Of a stretch of DNA of 64,000 bases, positions 9,315 through 19,719 are shown piece after piece. The notes beneath the pieces are model-generated. The model searched no databases and had not been told where the DNA came from. It saw nothing but the letters and a program-made list of their open reading frames with translations. Position 1 is the first letter of the stretch. Each line of letters opens with the position of its first letter. Origin of the DNA: an uncultured Candidatus Saccharibacteria bacterium (GTDB taxonomy: Bacteria; Patescibacteriota; Minisyncoccia; Phycocordibacterales; UBA9973); contig CAYVZI010000001.1 of NCBI GenBank assembly GCA_964456475.1, forward strand, positions 11,762 to 75,761, in the 5' to 3' direction. Position numbers and translations under genes: made by a program.

Positions 9315-10121
9315 ATGTTTAAACGCGTTCCAAAAAAGGATTCAAAATTCTCAAAAACTCGTGTTAATTCTTTCCCCGTAACCGGGTTACGGGGGGCTAC
9401 TTCCCGTTCGAATTCCCTATCTAAGACGACTGTTCGAATCAACAAACATATGGCTGATATTGGCCTTTCTTCTCGTCGTGAAGCCGATGAGCTTATTGCC
9501 TCTGGCAAAGTCCTTGTAAACGGCGTTAAGGCCACTACAGGCATGCAAATTGATCCAAGTGTAGACAAGGTCAAACTGCTCGGCAACCGTCCGCAATCGT
9601 ACGTGTATTATGCCTACAATAAACCTCAGGGTATCGTTACCACTGGAGCTCAAGGTGACGAAGAAGATATTCTCTCCGATACCAATTTCAAGGTACCTGT
9701 GTTCCCTGTCGGACGACTCGACAAGGATTCGCACGGCCTCATCTTGATGACCAACGACCGTCGCATTACACACCGCTTGCTTGATCCCAAGTTTGAACAC
9801 GAAAAAGAATATCGCGTGACGCTCGCCAAGGGTGTGACTCAGTCATTCATCGACAAACTCGAACACGGTATGATCGTGGACAAAGTCCGTACTAAGAGCA
9901 CTCAAATCACTCGCGAAGGCAACAAAGTATTTCGCATTATTTTGAAGGAAGGACGCAATCGTCAGATTCGCAAAATGGTGGAAGCTGCGGGTGACCAAGT
10001 CATGGATCTCATGCGTCTCCGCATTGAACACATCAAACTCGACAATCTTGCGGAAGGTACCTATCGCAACCTCTCAAAAGAAGAACTCCAAAAACTCCTC
10101 AAAAAACTTGGGTTGAAATAA
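9315..10121 (+). CDS. RsuA/RluB/RluF-family pseudouridine synthase (S4 domain)
   Basis: SRREAD, YNKP.G, PVGRLDKDS.GL, EGRNRQIRKM; likely start ATG 9315. Confidence 0.92.
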   Translation: MFKRVPKKDSKFSKTRVNSFPVTGLRGATSRSNSLSKTTVRINKHMADIGLSSRREADELIASGKVLVNGVKATTGMQIDPSVDKVKLLGNRPQSYVYYAYNKPQGIVTTGAQGDEEDILSDTNFKVPVFPVGRLDKDSHGLILMTNDRRITHRLLDPKFEHEKEYRVTLAKGVTQSFIDKLEHGMIVDKVRTKSTQITREGNKVFRIILKEGRNRQIRKMVEAAGDQVMDLMRLRIEHIKLDNLAEGTYRNLSKEELQKLLKKLGLK

Positions 10122-10127
10122 TTTAGA

Positions 10128-10163
10128 TTATTCAAAAACCAACCATTCGGTTGGTTTTTGAAT
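10128..10163 (+). terminator. intrinsic terminator
   Basis: ATTCAAAAACCAACC-ATTC-GGTTGGTTTTTGAAT. Confidence 0.8.
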
Positions 10164-10211
10164 TCTGGACAAAATACGATAGTGGTGTAGTATGAAAAAA
10201 AACTGCACCAT

Positions 10212-10595
10212 ATGAAAAGTAACGTATTTAAAAATGGAAGCCTAAGTACACGACTTATGATTCTTGATCTTTGTCGCGAGCAAAAGTTGGCTGTATATCT
10301 GGAATTTACTGAAAATGCTCATGCGTATTTTAAACAAAAGTATCCTAATGAGTATGAGTATTTTCTTCTTGATGCTGATAAAAAGTTTTGTTTTGTTTCG
10401 AGGATTGATAGTGTACGTAAGCCTCAATCAAAATGCACGGTGACTCTTCTTGAATACTCCACGAGTGACGCAGAAACGTATGATGATTCGTGCTACATCG
10501 TAAAGACAACGCCGTCGAATAATAAAGGGTATGTATTAGAAATACCCATTACAATTATCAGCGGAGCAAATATTAGCACTCTGAAAATAAAATAA
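10212..10595 (+). CDS. hypothetical protein (orphan)
   Basis: 127-aa AT-rich ORF; TGGACA-16-TAGTAT promoter 10166-10193; terminator ~10608-10636. Confidence 0.65.
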   Translation: MKSNVFKNGSLSTRLMILDLCREQKLAVYLEFTENAHAYFKQKYPNEYEYFLLDADKKFCFVSRIDSVRKPQSKCTVTLLEYSTSDAETYDDSCYIVKTTPSNNKGYVLEIPITIISGANISTLKIK

Positions 10596-10646
10596 GTAAG
10601 AAGCAGTACGGCCGGTCATTTTTGACCGGCCGTTTTTCAATAGTTA

Positions 10647-12389
10647 TTACACACGTTCGCCAATTTGTTGGCGCCACATTGCGGAGTAAAGACCTTTTTG
10701 TGCGAGTAAGTCGTCATGCGATCCAGACTCAACTATTTTACCTTTTTCAAGTACATGAATCACATCGGCGTGCATGATTGTAGAGAGTCGATGAGCGATA
10801 AGGATGGTGATATGAGCGCGTACTTTTGAAATATCTTTGATCGTCTTCCCTATCTCCTCTTCAGTGAGCGAATCGAGTGCGGACGTGGCTTCGTCGAAGA
10901 CAAGAATGTTCGGCTCACGAAGGAGCGCGCGTGCGATCGAGAGGCGCTGTTTTTCTCCTCCTGAAACTTTGACCCCGCCTTCGCCTATTACCGTATCGAG
11001 TCCACGACCGCCACGTTCGAGCAAGCCCTGACACTGAGCCTTGCCCAGTGCATCAAGACATTCTTCATCTGTTGCATTTGGATTTACGAAGAGTAGATTC
11101 TCGCGAATGGTGCCGGCAAAGAGTTGGGTATCTTGAGTCACGAATCCTATCTGCTTCCTGAGCTCGTCCTTGGTGATTTTGTCATGAGGGATGCCATTGT
11201 ATGCAACCACACCCGAACTCGGCGTGTAGAGCCCCACAAGCAGTTTTACAAGCGATGTTTTGCCCGAGCCTGATGGGCCAACGAAGACCACGGTTTGTCC
11301 GCGTGCGACTGTGTACGAAATCGAATCAAGTGCGAGATAGTTGGCTGTTTTGTATTGGAAGCAAACATCCTTGAATGCAAGATTTTGCACGGCACCGAGA
11401 GCTGTAGGGTTCTTTGCGACTGGCTCTTTTGGCATATTCATCAGCGTTTCGAAATTGACGAGGGATGCTTCTGCTTCGCGGTAGATTGAAATCACATTGC
11501 CCATTTCTTGCAACGGGTTGAAGATATAGAACGAATAAATATAGAGAGAGAAGAATTGGCCAAACGTGATCGTGCGAGCGTAGATGAGATACAAGAGGAA
11601 GAATAAGATGCCCACACGGATCGCATTGATGACCGTACCCTGGATGAATGAAAGACTGCGAAGATAGCGGAGCTTTTTGAGTTCGAGCTTCAGAATCTTG
11701 TCGGTCGTTGTATTGAGACGATTGATTTCCTGGTCAGCAAGTCCAAGACTTTTTACAAGCTCGATGTTGCGGAGTGATTCGGTAGTCGACCCAGCGAGTG
11801 CGGTCGTTTCGGCAACGATAATCTTCTGAATGTTTTTGATCTTCGTTGAAAGAAGAAGCGAAAGTCCACCGATCGTTGGGATAGTGAGAAGAAATACAAC
11901 TGCAATTCCCCAATAGATATGAATGGCATAGACGGCAACGAATATGAATCCAATCAATGAGACGAAGAGGACATTGATGAGTGAGGCAATCAATTTTTCG
12001 GCATCTGCGCGTGTTTTCTGAAGCTTACCTAGCGTTTCCCCACTACGTTCGTCTTCAAAATTTTCATATGGTAGCGAAAGTGAGTGCGCTACGCCGTCGC
12101 GATAAATGTCGGCACCGACTCGCTGAGATACGCCGTTTAAGAAATAATCCTGGAAGTTCTTGGCGATACGTGAGACAAGCGCCACACCCATACTCGCAAG
12201 AAGAAGTAGGACGACACCATGAAAAAACTCTGCACGTGAGTACAGATCAAACTTGGTAGCATATTCATCAATTACTCGACTAAAAATGTATGGGTCGAGC
12301 AAAGAAAATATTTGGTTTATGGTTGCCAGCACGAGTGTGAGAGTGCAGAGCTTCCAGTACTTTTTGAGATAGCGGTAAAAGATTTTCAT
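10647..12389 (-). CDS. ABC exporter, fused permease/ATPase (MdlB/MsbA-like)
   Basis: TM domain, GPSGSGKT, VSGGEKQR, VFDEATSALD, AHRLST. Confidence 0.93.
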   Translation of the reverse strand: MKIFYRYLKKYWKLCTLTLVLATINQIFSLLDPYIFSRVIDEYATKFDLYSRAEFFHGVVLLLLASMGVALVSRIAKNFQDYFLNGVSQRVGADIYRDGVAHSLSLPYENFEDERSGETLGKLQKTRADAEKLIASLINVLFVSLIGFIFVAVYAIHIYWGIAVVFLLTIPTIGGLSLLLSTKIKNIQKIIVAETTALAGSTTESLRNIELVKSLGLADQEINRLNTTTDKILKLELKKLRYLRSLSFIQGTVINAIRVGILFFLLYLIYARTITFGQFFSLYIYSFYIFNPLQEMGNVISIYREAEASLVNFETLMNMPKEPVAKNPTALGAVQNLAFKDVCFQYKTANYLALDSISYTVARGQTVVFVGPSGSGKTSLVKLLVGLYTPSSGVVAYNGIPHDKITKDELRKQIGFVTQDTQLFAGTIRENLLFVNPNATDEECLDALGKAQCQGLLERGGRGLDTVIGEGGVKVSGGEKQRLSIARALLREPNILVFDEATSALDSLTEEEIGKTIKDISKVRAHITILIAHRLSTIMHADVIHVLEKGKIVESGSHDDLLAQKGLYSAMWRQQIGERV

Positions 12390-12500
12390 AATTTGAGCCT
12401 AGATTATAGCAGAAAAAATTAGGTAGTTGAAAAATTGACAAAATGCTATTTCAATGTAGTATGACTCATAAATATAGAGTCACATTCAAACATAAAAATT

Positions 12501-12887
12501 ATGGAAGAGATTACTTTTAACCAGATAGTGCAATTCCTAAAAGGTTCGGTTACGAAGAAGCCATATAAGACACCGATTCTTTTAACAAAAAGGATTCTTG
12601 AAGAAAATGAAAAAAGGGTCAAAGAAATTCGATCAACAACATTTTTTTCCTTGATGAAGAAGCATTTTTCCCTAAGTGAAGAAACCACTCCTGACCCAAG
12701 CAATTTAGAAGACACGGAAAGATTTCAGCTGTCCATTGCTGTCTTTTGTTTACACTACACTGAAATGCTGGGCATGAGAGGAAATAATATGCCTGATACA
12801 TACGACTATACATCATGGCGACATTGGTTTAGTACCAATATAGTGTTTCCTCCTCGTCACAAAAATTATTCAAAAAGGAGAGTTTGA
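12501..12887 (+). CDS. hypothetical protein (orphan)
   Basis: 128-aa ORF; TTGACA-16-TAGTAT 12435-12462; terminator ~12901-12925. Confidence 0.65.
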   Translation: MEEITFNQIVQFLKGSVTKKPYKTPILLTKRILEENEKRVKEIRSTTFFSLMKKHFSLSEETTPDPSNLEDTERFQLSIAVFCLHYTEMLGMRGNNMPDTYDYTSWRHWFSTNIVFPPRHKNYSKRRV

Positions 12888-12939
12888 ACATAAATAATAG
12901 TAATACCGCTCATCCAGCGGTATTTTTTATAAACAAAAA

Positions 12940-13506
12940 CTAATACTTACGAATGACTCCGCGGACGATTGCGCGGATTTGCAAATCATTTTCGGGATAC
13001 ATCGGTTTGAAAAGTTTGTTGGCTGGTTCGAGCCAGACCTTGTCCCCTTTCTTTCGAAAATATTTCATAGTGAATTCTCCATCGATTTCGGCAATCACAA
13101 TTTCGCCATCTTTTGCATTGTCGGCACGTTCGGCAATGACCATGTCACCGTCGGCAATGTGTGCTTCAATCATGGATTCACCGTCCACCTCCATGATGAA
13201 AGTCTTGTCCTTTTTTTGTATCAAAAAATTGTCGATGTTTATCGTTGTCTCAAGCACGTCTTCACCTGGTGATGGAAAACCAGCTTTAACGAGACCAAGT
13301 ATTGGGGTTTCGTTAAATGCACTAGCAGGCAAAAGTCGCCCGAGGGAATCCTTGGTGACCATGCCTGCGTCTATGAGCTTATCTACAAGTCGAGCGACTG
13401 CATTCTTGGATTTGAATCCAAAAAGTTTGAGCATTTCCGAATACGTGGGCATTCGGCGTTCTCGGTCATAGAATTTGAGAAGTATGTTTTTGTAATCGTT
13501 TTGCAT
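12940..13506 (-). CDS. lexA: LexA-family SOS repressor (wHTH plus S24 peptidase)
   Basis: RRMPTYSEM..LFGFKS wHTH, AG cleavage site in AGFPSP, GESM (Ser), TMK (Lys); likely start MQNDY at 13506. Confidence 0.85.
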   Translation of the reverse strand: MQNDYKNILLKFYDRERRMPTYSEMLKLFGFKSKNAVARLVDKLIDAGMVTKDSLGRLLPASAFNETPILGLVKAGFPSPGEDVLETTINIDNFLIQKKDKTFIMEVDGESMIEAHIADGDMVIAERADNAKDGEIVIAEIDGEFTMKYFRKKGDKVWLEPANKLFKPMYPENDLQIRAIVRGVIRKY

Positions 13507-13513
13507 TGGTTTA

Positions 13514-13635
13514 ATAAATTTCAGAATCAAATGCAATTCGAGGCGCAATTGAGATTGTGACTAAAATGTACTACCTGTACATTGCAGAAGCAAACGAATG
13601 CGGCAACAAAGAAGTGCGTTGATTGTGGAATTTAT
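13514..13635 (+). repeat. ~120-bp palindromic MITE/RPE-like element, copy A
   Basis: ends ATAAATTTCAGAATCAA / TTGATTGTGGAATTTAT pair; core shared with copy B. Confidence 0.7.
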
Positions 13636-13637
13636 AA

Positions 13638-13832
13638 TTAGAATGAGAAAACTCGTGGCAATAATCTACTAAAAAATGTACTTGGAGTATTTTGTCGGAT
13701 TTTTTTCAAAAGAAGTTTGTGATCGTGAGCCTCCTTTGAATATTCCAAACCATGCACAATCTTGTAGTCGATAACTTTGTTGATTCTCTGCAATTCTTTC
13801 TCAATTAACTTGAGATATTCTTGATGCTTCAT
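13638..13832 (-). CDS. small basic hypothetical protein upstream of lexA
   Basis: 64 aa from ATG 13832 (MKHQEYLKLIEKELQ...); the longer ORF start lies inside repeat copy B. Confidence 0.7.
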   Translation of the reverse strand: MKHQEYLKLIEKELQRINKVIDYKIVHGLEYSKEAHDHKLLLKKIRQNTPSTFFSRLLPRVFSF

Positions 13833-13842
13833 AAAACTTCTT

Positions 13843-13968
13843 TTGAACTTGCATAAATAGCACATTTCTTTGTTGCTTCGCTCGTTCCCTCCTGCAATGT
13901 ACGTCACAGTATATTTTAGTCGGAAGCCTCACTCGCGCCGCGAACTGTATCTATTTATGAAAGTTCAA
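13843..13968 (-). repeat. ~125-bp palindromic MITE/RPE-like element, copy B
   Basis: ends TTGAACTT.CATAAATAG / CTATTTATG.AAGTTCAA pair; core GACTAAAAT.TACT..GTACATTGCAG.AG..AACGA..GCAACAAAGAA shared with copy A. Confidence 0.72.
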
Positions 13969-13999
13969 CTGTTATTTCTTATAATCCGACCGTGCCTAT

Positions 14000-14028
14000 A
14001 TCATATGTGAACGTTCGTTCACAAGCAA
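14000..14028 (-). promoter_or_regulatory. sigma70 promoter with GAAC-N4-GTTC SOS box in the spacer
   Basis: minus strand TTGCTT-17-TATGAT; palindrome TGTGAAC-GTTC-GTTCACA at 14006-14023. Confidence 0.8.
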
Positions 14029-14093
14029 GTGTGGATAAGTAAAATGACACAGTATATTTGCAATGAAAAGCATCAATCGAAACAACACTGAAG

Positions 14094-15245
14094 TTACTTG
14101 GCTTTTTTGACAGCGTTTGCGATTGCTTTGACGACACGCTTATCAAAAGCATCGGGAATAATATATTTTTTGCTCAATTTGTTTTTTGGGACAAGATTTG
14201 CGAGTGCAAGTGCAGCTGCAACTTTCATTTTGTCAGTGATTTGTGAGACTTGTGCATCAAGCACTCCACGGAATAATCCAGGAAACACGAGTACGTTATT
14301 GATCTGATTTGGATAGTCAGAACGACCAGTGCCAAATACGGCAACTTTTGATTTTATAGCTTCTTCGTACGAAATTTCGGGTGTTGGATTGGCCATCGCA
14401 AAAATAATCGGATTGTCATTCATTGTTGCCACATCTTCCTTGGTGAGTAGATTGCCTGATGATACGCCAATAAACACATCGGCTTCAGCGATTGCGTCAG
14501 CGAGTGTGCCTATACGTTTGTTGCCGTTGGTCGTACGAGCGATAAGGAGTTTGTGTGCATCAAGATCGGTGCGATGTGTGCCAATAATCCCCTTTCGATC
14601 AAGTAGAATGATATTTTTCGGATCAAAACCAGCGACAGTGAGCAGATGAAATACTGCTTGGGCTGCTGCTCCTGCACCGCTTATAACAATAGATACATGC
14701 TTGGTCTTCTTTACGACCTTGAGCGCATTGGTGAGAGCAGAAAGAAGTACAATTGCAGTTCCATGCTGATCATCGTGAAAGACAGGAATAGATAATTCTT
14801 GTTTGAGTCGTTCTTCGATTTCAAAACAACGTGGAGCTGAAATATCTTCGAGATTTATTCCGCCGAAGACTGGAGCGATATTCTTGATTGTTTGAATAAT
14901 TTCCTCAACATCTTGCGTTGCAAGACAAATAGGAAAAGCATCAACATTTGCAAATTGCTTAAATAAAAGTGCTTTGCCTTCCATGACTGGAAGTGCAGCC
15001 TCGGGGCCGATGTTGCCAAGACCAAGCACTGCAGAGCCATCAGTAACGACAGCAATGGTATTGGCTTTGATTGTATGAGTGTAAGCTGCTTTTGGGTTCT
15101 CGTGAATGTAAGAAGAAACTGCTGCCACTCCCGGAGTATATGCGATGGCGAGATCTTGTTTATTGCGAACTGAAACCGTGCCTTTAAGGGCAATCTTACC
15201 TTTGTGTTTTTTGTGTAATGCGAGCGATGCTTTTCCGTAATTCAT
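14094..15245 (-). CDS. NAD(P)-dependent malic enzyme
   Basis: [50 protein letters not shown]; likely start MNYGK 15245. Confidence 0.93.
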   Translation of the reverse strand: MNYGKASLALHKKHKGKIALKGTVSVRNKQDLAIAYTPGVAAVSSYIHENPKAAYTHTIKANTIAVVTDGSAVLGLGNIGPEAALPVMEGKALLFKQFANVDAFPICLATQDVEEIIQTIKNIAPVFGGINLEDISAPRCFEIEERLKQELSIPVFHDDQHGTAIVLLSALTNALKVVKKTKHVSIVISGAGAAAQAVFHLLTVAGFDPKNIILLDRKGIIGTHRTDLDAHKLLIARTTNGNKRIGTLADAIAEADVFIGVSSGNLLTKEDVATMNDNPIIFAMANPTPEISYEEAIKSKVAVFGTGRSDYPNQINNVLVFPGLFRGVLDAQVSQITDKMKVAAALALANLVPKNKLSKKYIIPDAFDKRVVKAIANAVKKAK

Positions 15246-15329
15246 AAAGACTATCCTAACATTTTGAATATAAAAAAACACCCCACTAATCTAAAAGAAT
15301 AGATGGGGCGTTGTATACAAACATATTTT

Positions 15330-15584
15330 TTAAATTGTTTCAGGATGGGCTCCTGAGAGTGTGTCTCTGTTTTTTGCTTCTCCGGCAGCTTTCATCAACC
15401 TAACAAACGGCATGACGATCATCACTATCCCAACAAAAATAGGAATAACAGCCATTGACTGTTGCAACTTAGGATAAGCTGCCCTAATCTGGCCGAAATT
15501 TGTGTAAAAAAGAAATCCGGCAGCAATAAACATAACACCGAATGCAATATAAACGATTTTCGAAAATAATCTTGACTTTTTCAT
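15330..15584 (-). CDS. small two-TM membrane protein (orphan)
   Basis: two hydrophobic segments; TTGACA-16-TACACT promoter 15604-15631. Confidence 0.65.
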   Translation of the reverse strand: MKKSRLFSKIVYIAFGVMFIAAGFLFYTNFGQIRAAYPKLQQSMAVIPIFVGIVMIVMPFVRLMKAAGEAKNRDTLSGAHPETI

Positions 15585-15634
15585 AGTATGGACGTTTTTC
15601 TTGAGTGTACGCTTATCCTAAAATCTGTCAATAC

Positions 15635-16519
15635 CTATGGGAAGAACACCCGAAGCTCATCTGATTCATAAAATTTGGCACCGAGCTCTCCATATGTGAT
15701 ATTTTGTCCGCCTGTTGTAATGAGAGATCCACCAACCAGCGGGTTTGCTTTGGGTTTTGAAGATTGAAATCCGAGATTAAACAGCGTTACAATCACTCCA
15801 GGATTTGTGCTGATATCAAACCCAGTGTTTGCCCACTGTGTTTCGATTTCCTTTATATACAGAGCCGTGTAGAGGTATTGGTAGTAGTGATTTTTGTCAT
15901 CGGTAAGACGATTATACAATTCTGTACTATGATTCACGCCCGGTGCGTATATGATAAGAGTATTCATCCCGTCACCTGGATAAAAAGGAGAGGTTGGATC
16001 ACTTGCGTACTTCTCGATTTTTTCGGCAGTTTCTTGCTTGATACCTGAAACGCCCAATGAAAATTGTGATAGCGAACCAAGAATTTTAAGTGGTTCAAAG
16101 TATCGTTTAAATACTTCCCTATTTGCAGTGAAGAATCGAATCTGTTCCGGGACGACGACTGACGCAATCATGCGAGCCGAAACACCTGTCTCTACTGAAA
16201 CTCGCTGAATAATCCCCGCGTCTTTTTCAAGTCCACCTTTGACCACTTGCCATTCGGGTGTTCTGTTCCACTCACAGATTTTCTCATTATCAGTACAAGG
16301 TGGTGTGGCAATCGTAGCGGTATTTTTTGCTGGTTTTTGGAAAAATGAGTTGCGTGAAGATATTGATCCTTTTACATTAAATACGCCAAGTTGCATGCCG
16401 AAATAGACAGCAGTAAATACAACGCCGACAAGTGCAAATAGAGATACAATAATTTTAAAAAGAGATTTCCAAGCTGAATTCATGTAATCGGAGTATACCT
16501 GTGAAGAATTTTTTTGCAA
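15635..16519 (-). CDS. membrane-anchored hypothetical protein, possible lysozyme-like fold
   Basis: N-terminal TM; GVSARMIASVVVPEQ and SLGVSGIK resemble lysozyme-like Glu helix and G-x-x-Q/G motif (inference). Confidence 0.55.
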   Translation of the reverse strand: MQKNSSQVYSDYMNSAWKSLFKIIVSLFALVGVVFTAVYFGMQLGVFNVKGSISSRNSFFQKPAKNTATIATPPCTDNEKICEWNRTPEWQVVKGGLEKDAGIIQRVSVETGVSARMIASVVVPEQIRFFTANREVFKRYFEPLKILGSLSQFSLGVSGIKQETAEKIEKYASDPTSPFYPGDGMNTLIIYAPGVNHSTELYNRLTDDKNHYYQYLYTALYIKEIETQWANTGFDISTNPGVIVTLFNLGFQSSKPKANPLVGGSLITTGGQNITYGELGAKFYESDELRVFFP

Positions 16520-16538
16520 AAAAATTCTAATTCAACGA

Positions 16539-17648
16539 TTATTTTATAGCAGTGTAAAGCGTTGGTACCGTGTCTTGCACTATCACTTCAAATCGAATAC
16601 GGCCAACAACTTGCCCATTTTGAGTTCGCACTGTTACTCGCCATTGTCCCGAATTAAGTCTGGTGATCATTGAATATGTACGATATCCATTGATTCTACC
16701 GCCAGAAACACCAAGAGCGATTTTTTCCTGCGTAGTCCATTTATTTGCACGTGTATCATACCACTGCCATTCATGAATAATTTTGGTGTTGAATGATATT
16801 GGTGAAAAAATTGCACTATATGCGTAGATTGGACTACTGGGAACAACATGAACCACCTCTTTCTTTTTGAAAAGTGACATGCTTGAATTGATATCCTGAT
16901 TTTCCTGCCTAACCACATAGCCACCTGAAGAATTTCGGGAAACTGCATGATAAATGCCCGAATCAAGGACGAGAAGCGGTAGTGGAGGAATACTATTGGT
17001 AAAATACAAAAGACCCACCACACATGAGATTCCGATCGTAACACCGGCAATAATTTTTCGGCTCTTTTTCAAGCGAGTTTTGTTTGCAAGCCAAAGAATA
17101 AAAAGAAAGAGGAATAACACGACACAACTAATGGCCCAACTTAGCACAAAAATCCATGGTCCGATTCTGTGTGTAATGACTGGTACAAAAAAGATGCTGA
17201 AGGTGAGGAGCGAAAGAAAGAAAATACCCATCTGAAATCCCATGCGGACATAATTCTTTTTCAATGCTTCACTTGCAAGGAGTGCAATTACAAGAACGAG
17301 AAGAAATGGCCACGCAACGCCGAAAACTGCACCTCGAAAATAGAAAATGAGATATGTTGAAAGTATGCCTCCAAAGAGAAATTGGAGAATTGTGGTCGCC
17401 CAAAAGTGCAATCGCGCCAAACCCTCGTCTGATTTTTCTGAAATCTCATGTTTGGCTTGTTGTCTATGCAAAATAACGATACAAATTGCAACTGCGACGA
17501 GCTGGATACCGATGAGTATATTCTCAAAGATCTTGTCGACACGAGTGAGCGTCAGTGACCCCACAAAAAATCCAACAATAAGGGAAATGGAAGATATTGG
17601 TTTCTCAAATCGAGAGTACCAGGAAATAATTTTCTTTATATGTCGCAT
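16539..17648 (-). CDS. multi-TM protein with C-terminal DUF2914 domain
   Basis: about 8 TM segments; IIHEW..., GGR.NGYRTYS, GQWRV.V motifs. Confidence 0.8.
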   Translation of the reverse strand: MRHIKKIISWYSRFEKPISSISLIVGFFVGSLTLTRVDKIFENILIGIQLVAVAICIVILHRQQAKHEISEKSDEGLARLHFWATTILQFLFGGILSTYLIFYFRGAVFGVAWPFLLVLVIALLASEALKKNYVRMGFQMGIFFLSLLTFSIFFVPVITHRIGPWIFVLSWAISCVVLFLFLFILWLANKTRLKKSRKIIAGVTIGISCVVGLLYFTNSIPPLPLLVLDSGIYHAVSRNSSGGYVVRQENQDINSSMSLFKKKEVVHVVPSSPIYAYSAIFSPISFNTKIIHEWQWYDTRANKWTTQEKIALGVSGGRINGYRTYSMITRLNSGQWRVTVRTQNGQVVGRIRFEVIVQDTVPTLYTAIK

Positions 17649-17667
17649 ATTGCTTATTCAACAAAGA

Positions 17668-19140
17668 TTACTTATCGAGATCTAATGTTTCGTCAATACG
17701 TATCTGCTCCACAAATTCTGGTACGTGAGAAACAAGAATCATCGTGCCTTGATATTGTTCAAGGGCTTTTGCGATGACTGGGAGATGGCGAAAGTTGATG
17801 TGGTTTGTCGGTTCATCGAGAATGAGGAGGCCTGGCTGTTCGAGCACGAGACTCGCGAATGCTACAAGTCCCTTTTGACCTTCAGAAAGTGCTCCTATTT
17901 TTGTATTCATAATCTCGCCAGTGATAAGAAATCCTGATGCCACCGCACGCATGCGTTCCTCTTCAAATCGTCCAGTTACCTTCATAACTACTGCCTTGAG
18001 TGCGTTGAACACGGTCGAATCAAAATCAAGTGTTGAAAAATCTTGCCGATAATATCCAATACGAATTCCTTTTTGAATCGTAACACCTTTTGCGGTGCCA
18101 CGAGCGAGTCCTTCGAGGAGTGTCGTCTTCCCTATCCCATTCGGACCTTTGAGAAGAAGATGCATGTTCTTTTTGAGAGACACCTTGAAATTACGTTCCA
18201 CAACTTTGTGGTTTTTCATCATTGTAAGCGAGTTGATGGCAATCACTTCGCCGATAATGTCGGGTTGAGTCGGAATCGTAAATGGACGTATTGTCTTGTC
18301 TTCTTTGCGCACGTCCACCATTTCCTCTTCGAGATCTTCGGCAAGCTCTTTCATGCGCTTTGCCACAAGACGCAAGCGTCCACCTTTGTGTGCAAATTCG
18401 TTTGATTTGTCTTTCTTAGCCTGGATCTGCTTGGCAAGCTGAGCGTTCTTCATGTTTTCCTTTTCCACGCGAGCAGTGATGTCTTTGAGCACGTTGTTGT
18501 AGTTGCCTTGGTAGAATTCGATTTTGCGTGTGTAAATATCGAGATACAAGACGCCGTCGGTAAAGGCATTCAAGAATGGCGCATCGTGGGAAATGACGAC
18601 TACTGTCTTTTTGTAATCAATAAGGAATTGTGTAAGGTGTTCGATACCGGCCTTGTCGAGGTTGTTGGTTGGCTCATCAAGAAGAAGCAGATCGGGATCT
18701 GTGATGAGTGCTGATGCAAGAAGCAAACGAGCTTGTTGCCCACCAGAAAATGTATTGATGATACGGTCGTGGACTTTTTCGTGACCCTTGAGATTCACGA
18801 CTTCAAGAACTTCGTCAATTTTTGGATCAATATCGTACACTTTCTTGTTGAAGCTCTTTTGGAAAAAGTCGCGTACAGTAAGACCCATTTGGTCACGTGG
18901 AATGACCTGGCGAGAAGTAGCAATTGTGACATCGGTGCCGATATTGATGATGCCATTTTCTGGAGTATGGAGTCCGTTGATAAGACCAAAGATAGTGCTC
19001 TTTCCAGCGCCATTTTGGCCCATGAGAGCGATCTTTGCCCCACGACGAATACCAAAGCTCACCGTATCAAGAATGGGCTTATTGTGACCATATTCAAATG
19101 ACACCTCTTCGAAACGAAGCAGTGTTTCTGCTTTTGACAT
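17668..19140 (-). CDS. ABC-F family ATPase
   Basis: two ABC domains (GQNGAGKS, GPNGIGKT; LDEPTN twice), no TM. Confidence 0.92.
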   Translation of the reverse strand: MSKAETLLRFEEVSFEYGHNKPILDTVSFGIRRGAKIALMGQNGAGKSTIFGLINGLHTPENGIINIGTDVTIATSRQVIPRDQMGLTVRDFFQKSFNKKVYDIDPKIDEVLEVVNLKGHEKVHDRIINTFSGGQQARLLLASALITDPDLLLLDEPTNNLDKAGIEHLTQFLIDYKKTVVVISHDAPFLNAFTDGVLYLDIYTRKIEFYQGNYNNVLKDITARVEKENMKNAQLAKQIQAKKDKSNEFAHKGGRLRLVAKRMKELAEDLEEEMVDVRKEDKTIRPFTIPTQPDIIGEVIAINSLTMMKNHKVVERNFKVSLKKNMHLLLKGPNGIGKTTLLEGLARGTAKGVTIQKGIRIGYYRQDFSTLDFDSTVFNALKAVVMKVTGRFEEERMRAVASGFLITGEIMNTKIGALSEGQKGLVAFASLVLEQPGLLILDEPTNHINFRHLPVIAKALEQYQGTMILVSHVPEFVEQIRIDETLDLDK

Positions 19141-19275
19141 ACTGCTAGATTAACATAAAAATGAGAATTTACAAGGGTTTTCAAGTTAAACTATTGACTT
19201 ATTTAATAAATTGGTGTATAATTTAATTAAATCAGATGAGCTGACTGATGGACAAACAGCAAATAAATTCTTTTT

Positions 19276-19665
19276 ATGAAAAATGATGTTTTAGTTTTAC
19301 GATTTACAAAAACGAAAGCAGGTGGTCGCTTCAAACTGGTTATTGACACCAATACACCATCAATAAGTGGACATGCTGTACATCTGCCGTTCTCGACTAT
19401 TCCTGGCACGGTAGAATGGGATGGTTTACATGACCAAATATTTGCAACTCTTCAAATAGTTTTCGGGATAGCCAGCAGAAGTGAGAATTTTGCAAATAAA
19501 TCTGGTATTGAATATAAATGCGTTTTTAGCAATAAATGCATTGGAATCGGGAACATCTCATTGGATGATAATCGAATTGAAACTACAAAAGAATTAATAT
19601 TACCCATGAGTGAGGATGAATGCTCTTTTGTTTTTGATTGCATTCCAACACACCTATCGGAATAG
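19276..19665 (+). CDS. hypothetical protein (orphan)
   Basis: 129-aa ORF; TTGACT-17-TATAAT 19194-19222; terminator ~19666-19704. Confidence 0.65.
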   Translation: MKNDVLVLRFTKTKAGGRFKLVIDTNTPSISGHAVHLPFSTIPGTVEWDGLHDQIFATLQIVFGIASRSENFANKSGIEYKCVFSNKCIGIGNISLDDNRIETTKELILPMSEDECSFVFDCIPTHLSE

Positions 19666-19719
19666 TAAGGAACAGAAAGGAACATACCTATCTGTTCCTT
19701 TTTTATTTACTCAAAATGC

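Noticed and set aside
12953-13471. Long antisense ORFs in the track (e.g. 12953, 21351, 23028, 41595, 52982)
   Set aside because: Shadow frames of well-supported genes, with no motifs or expression signals.
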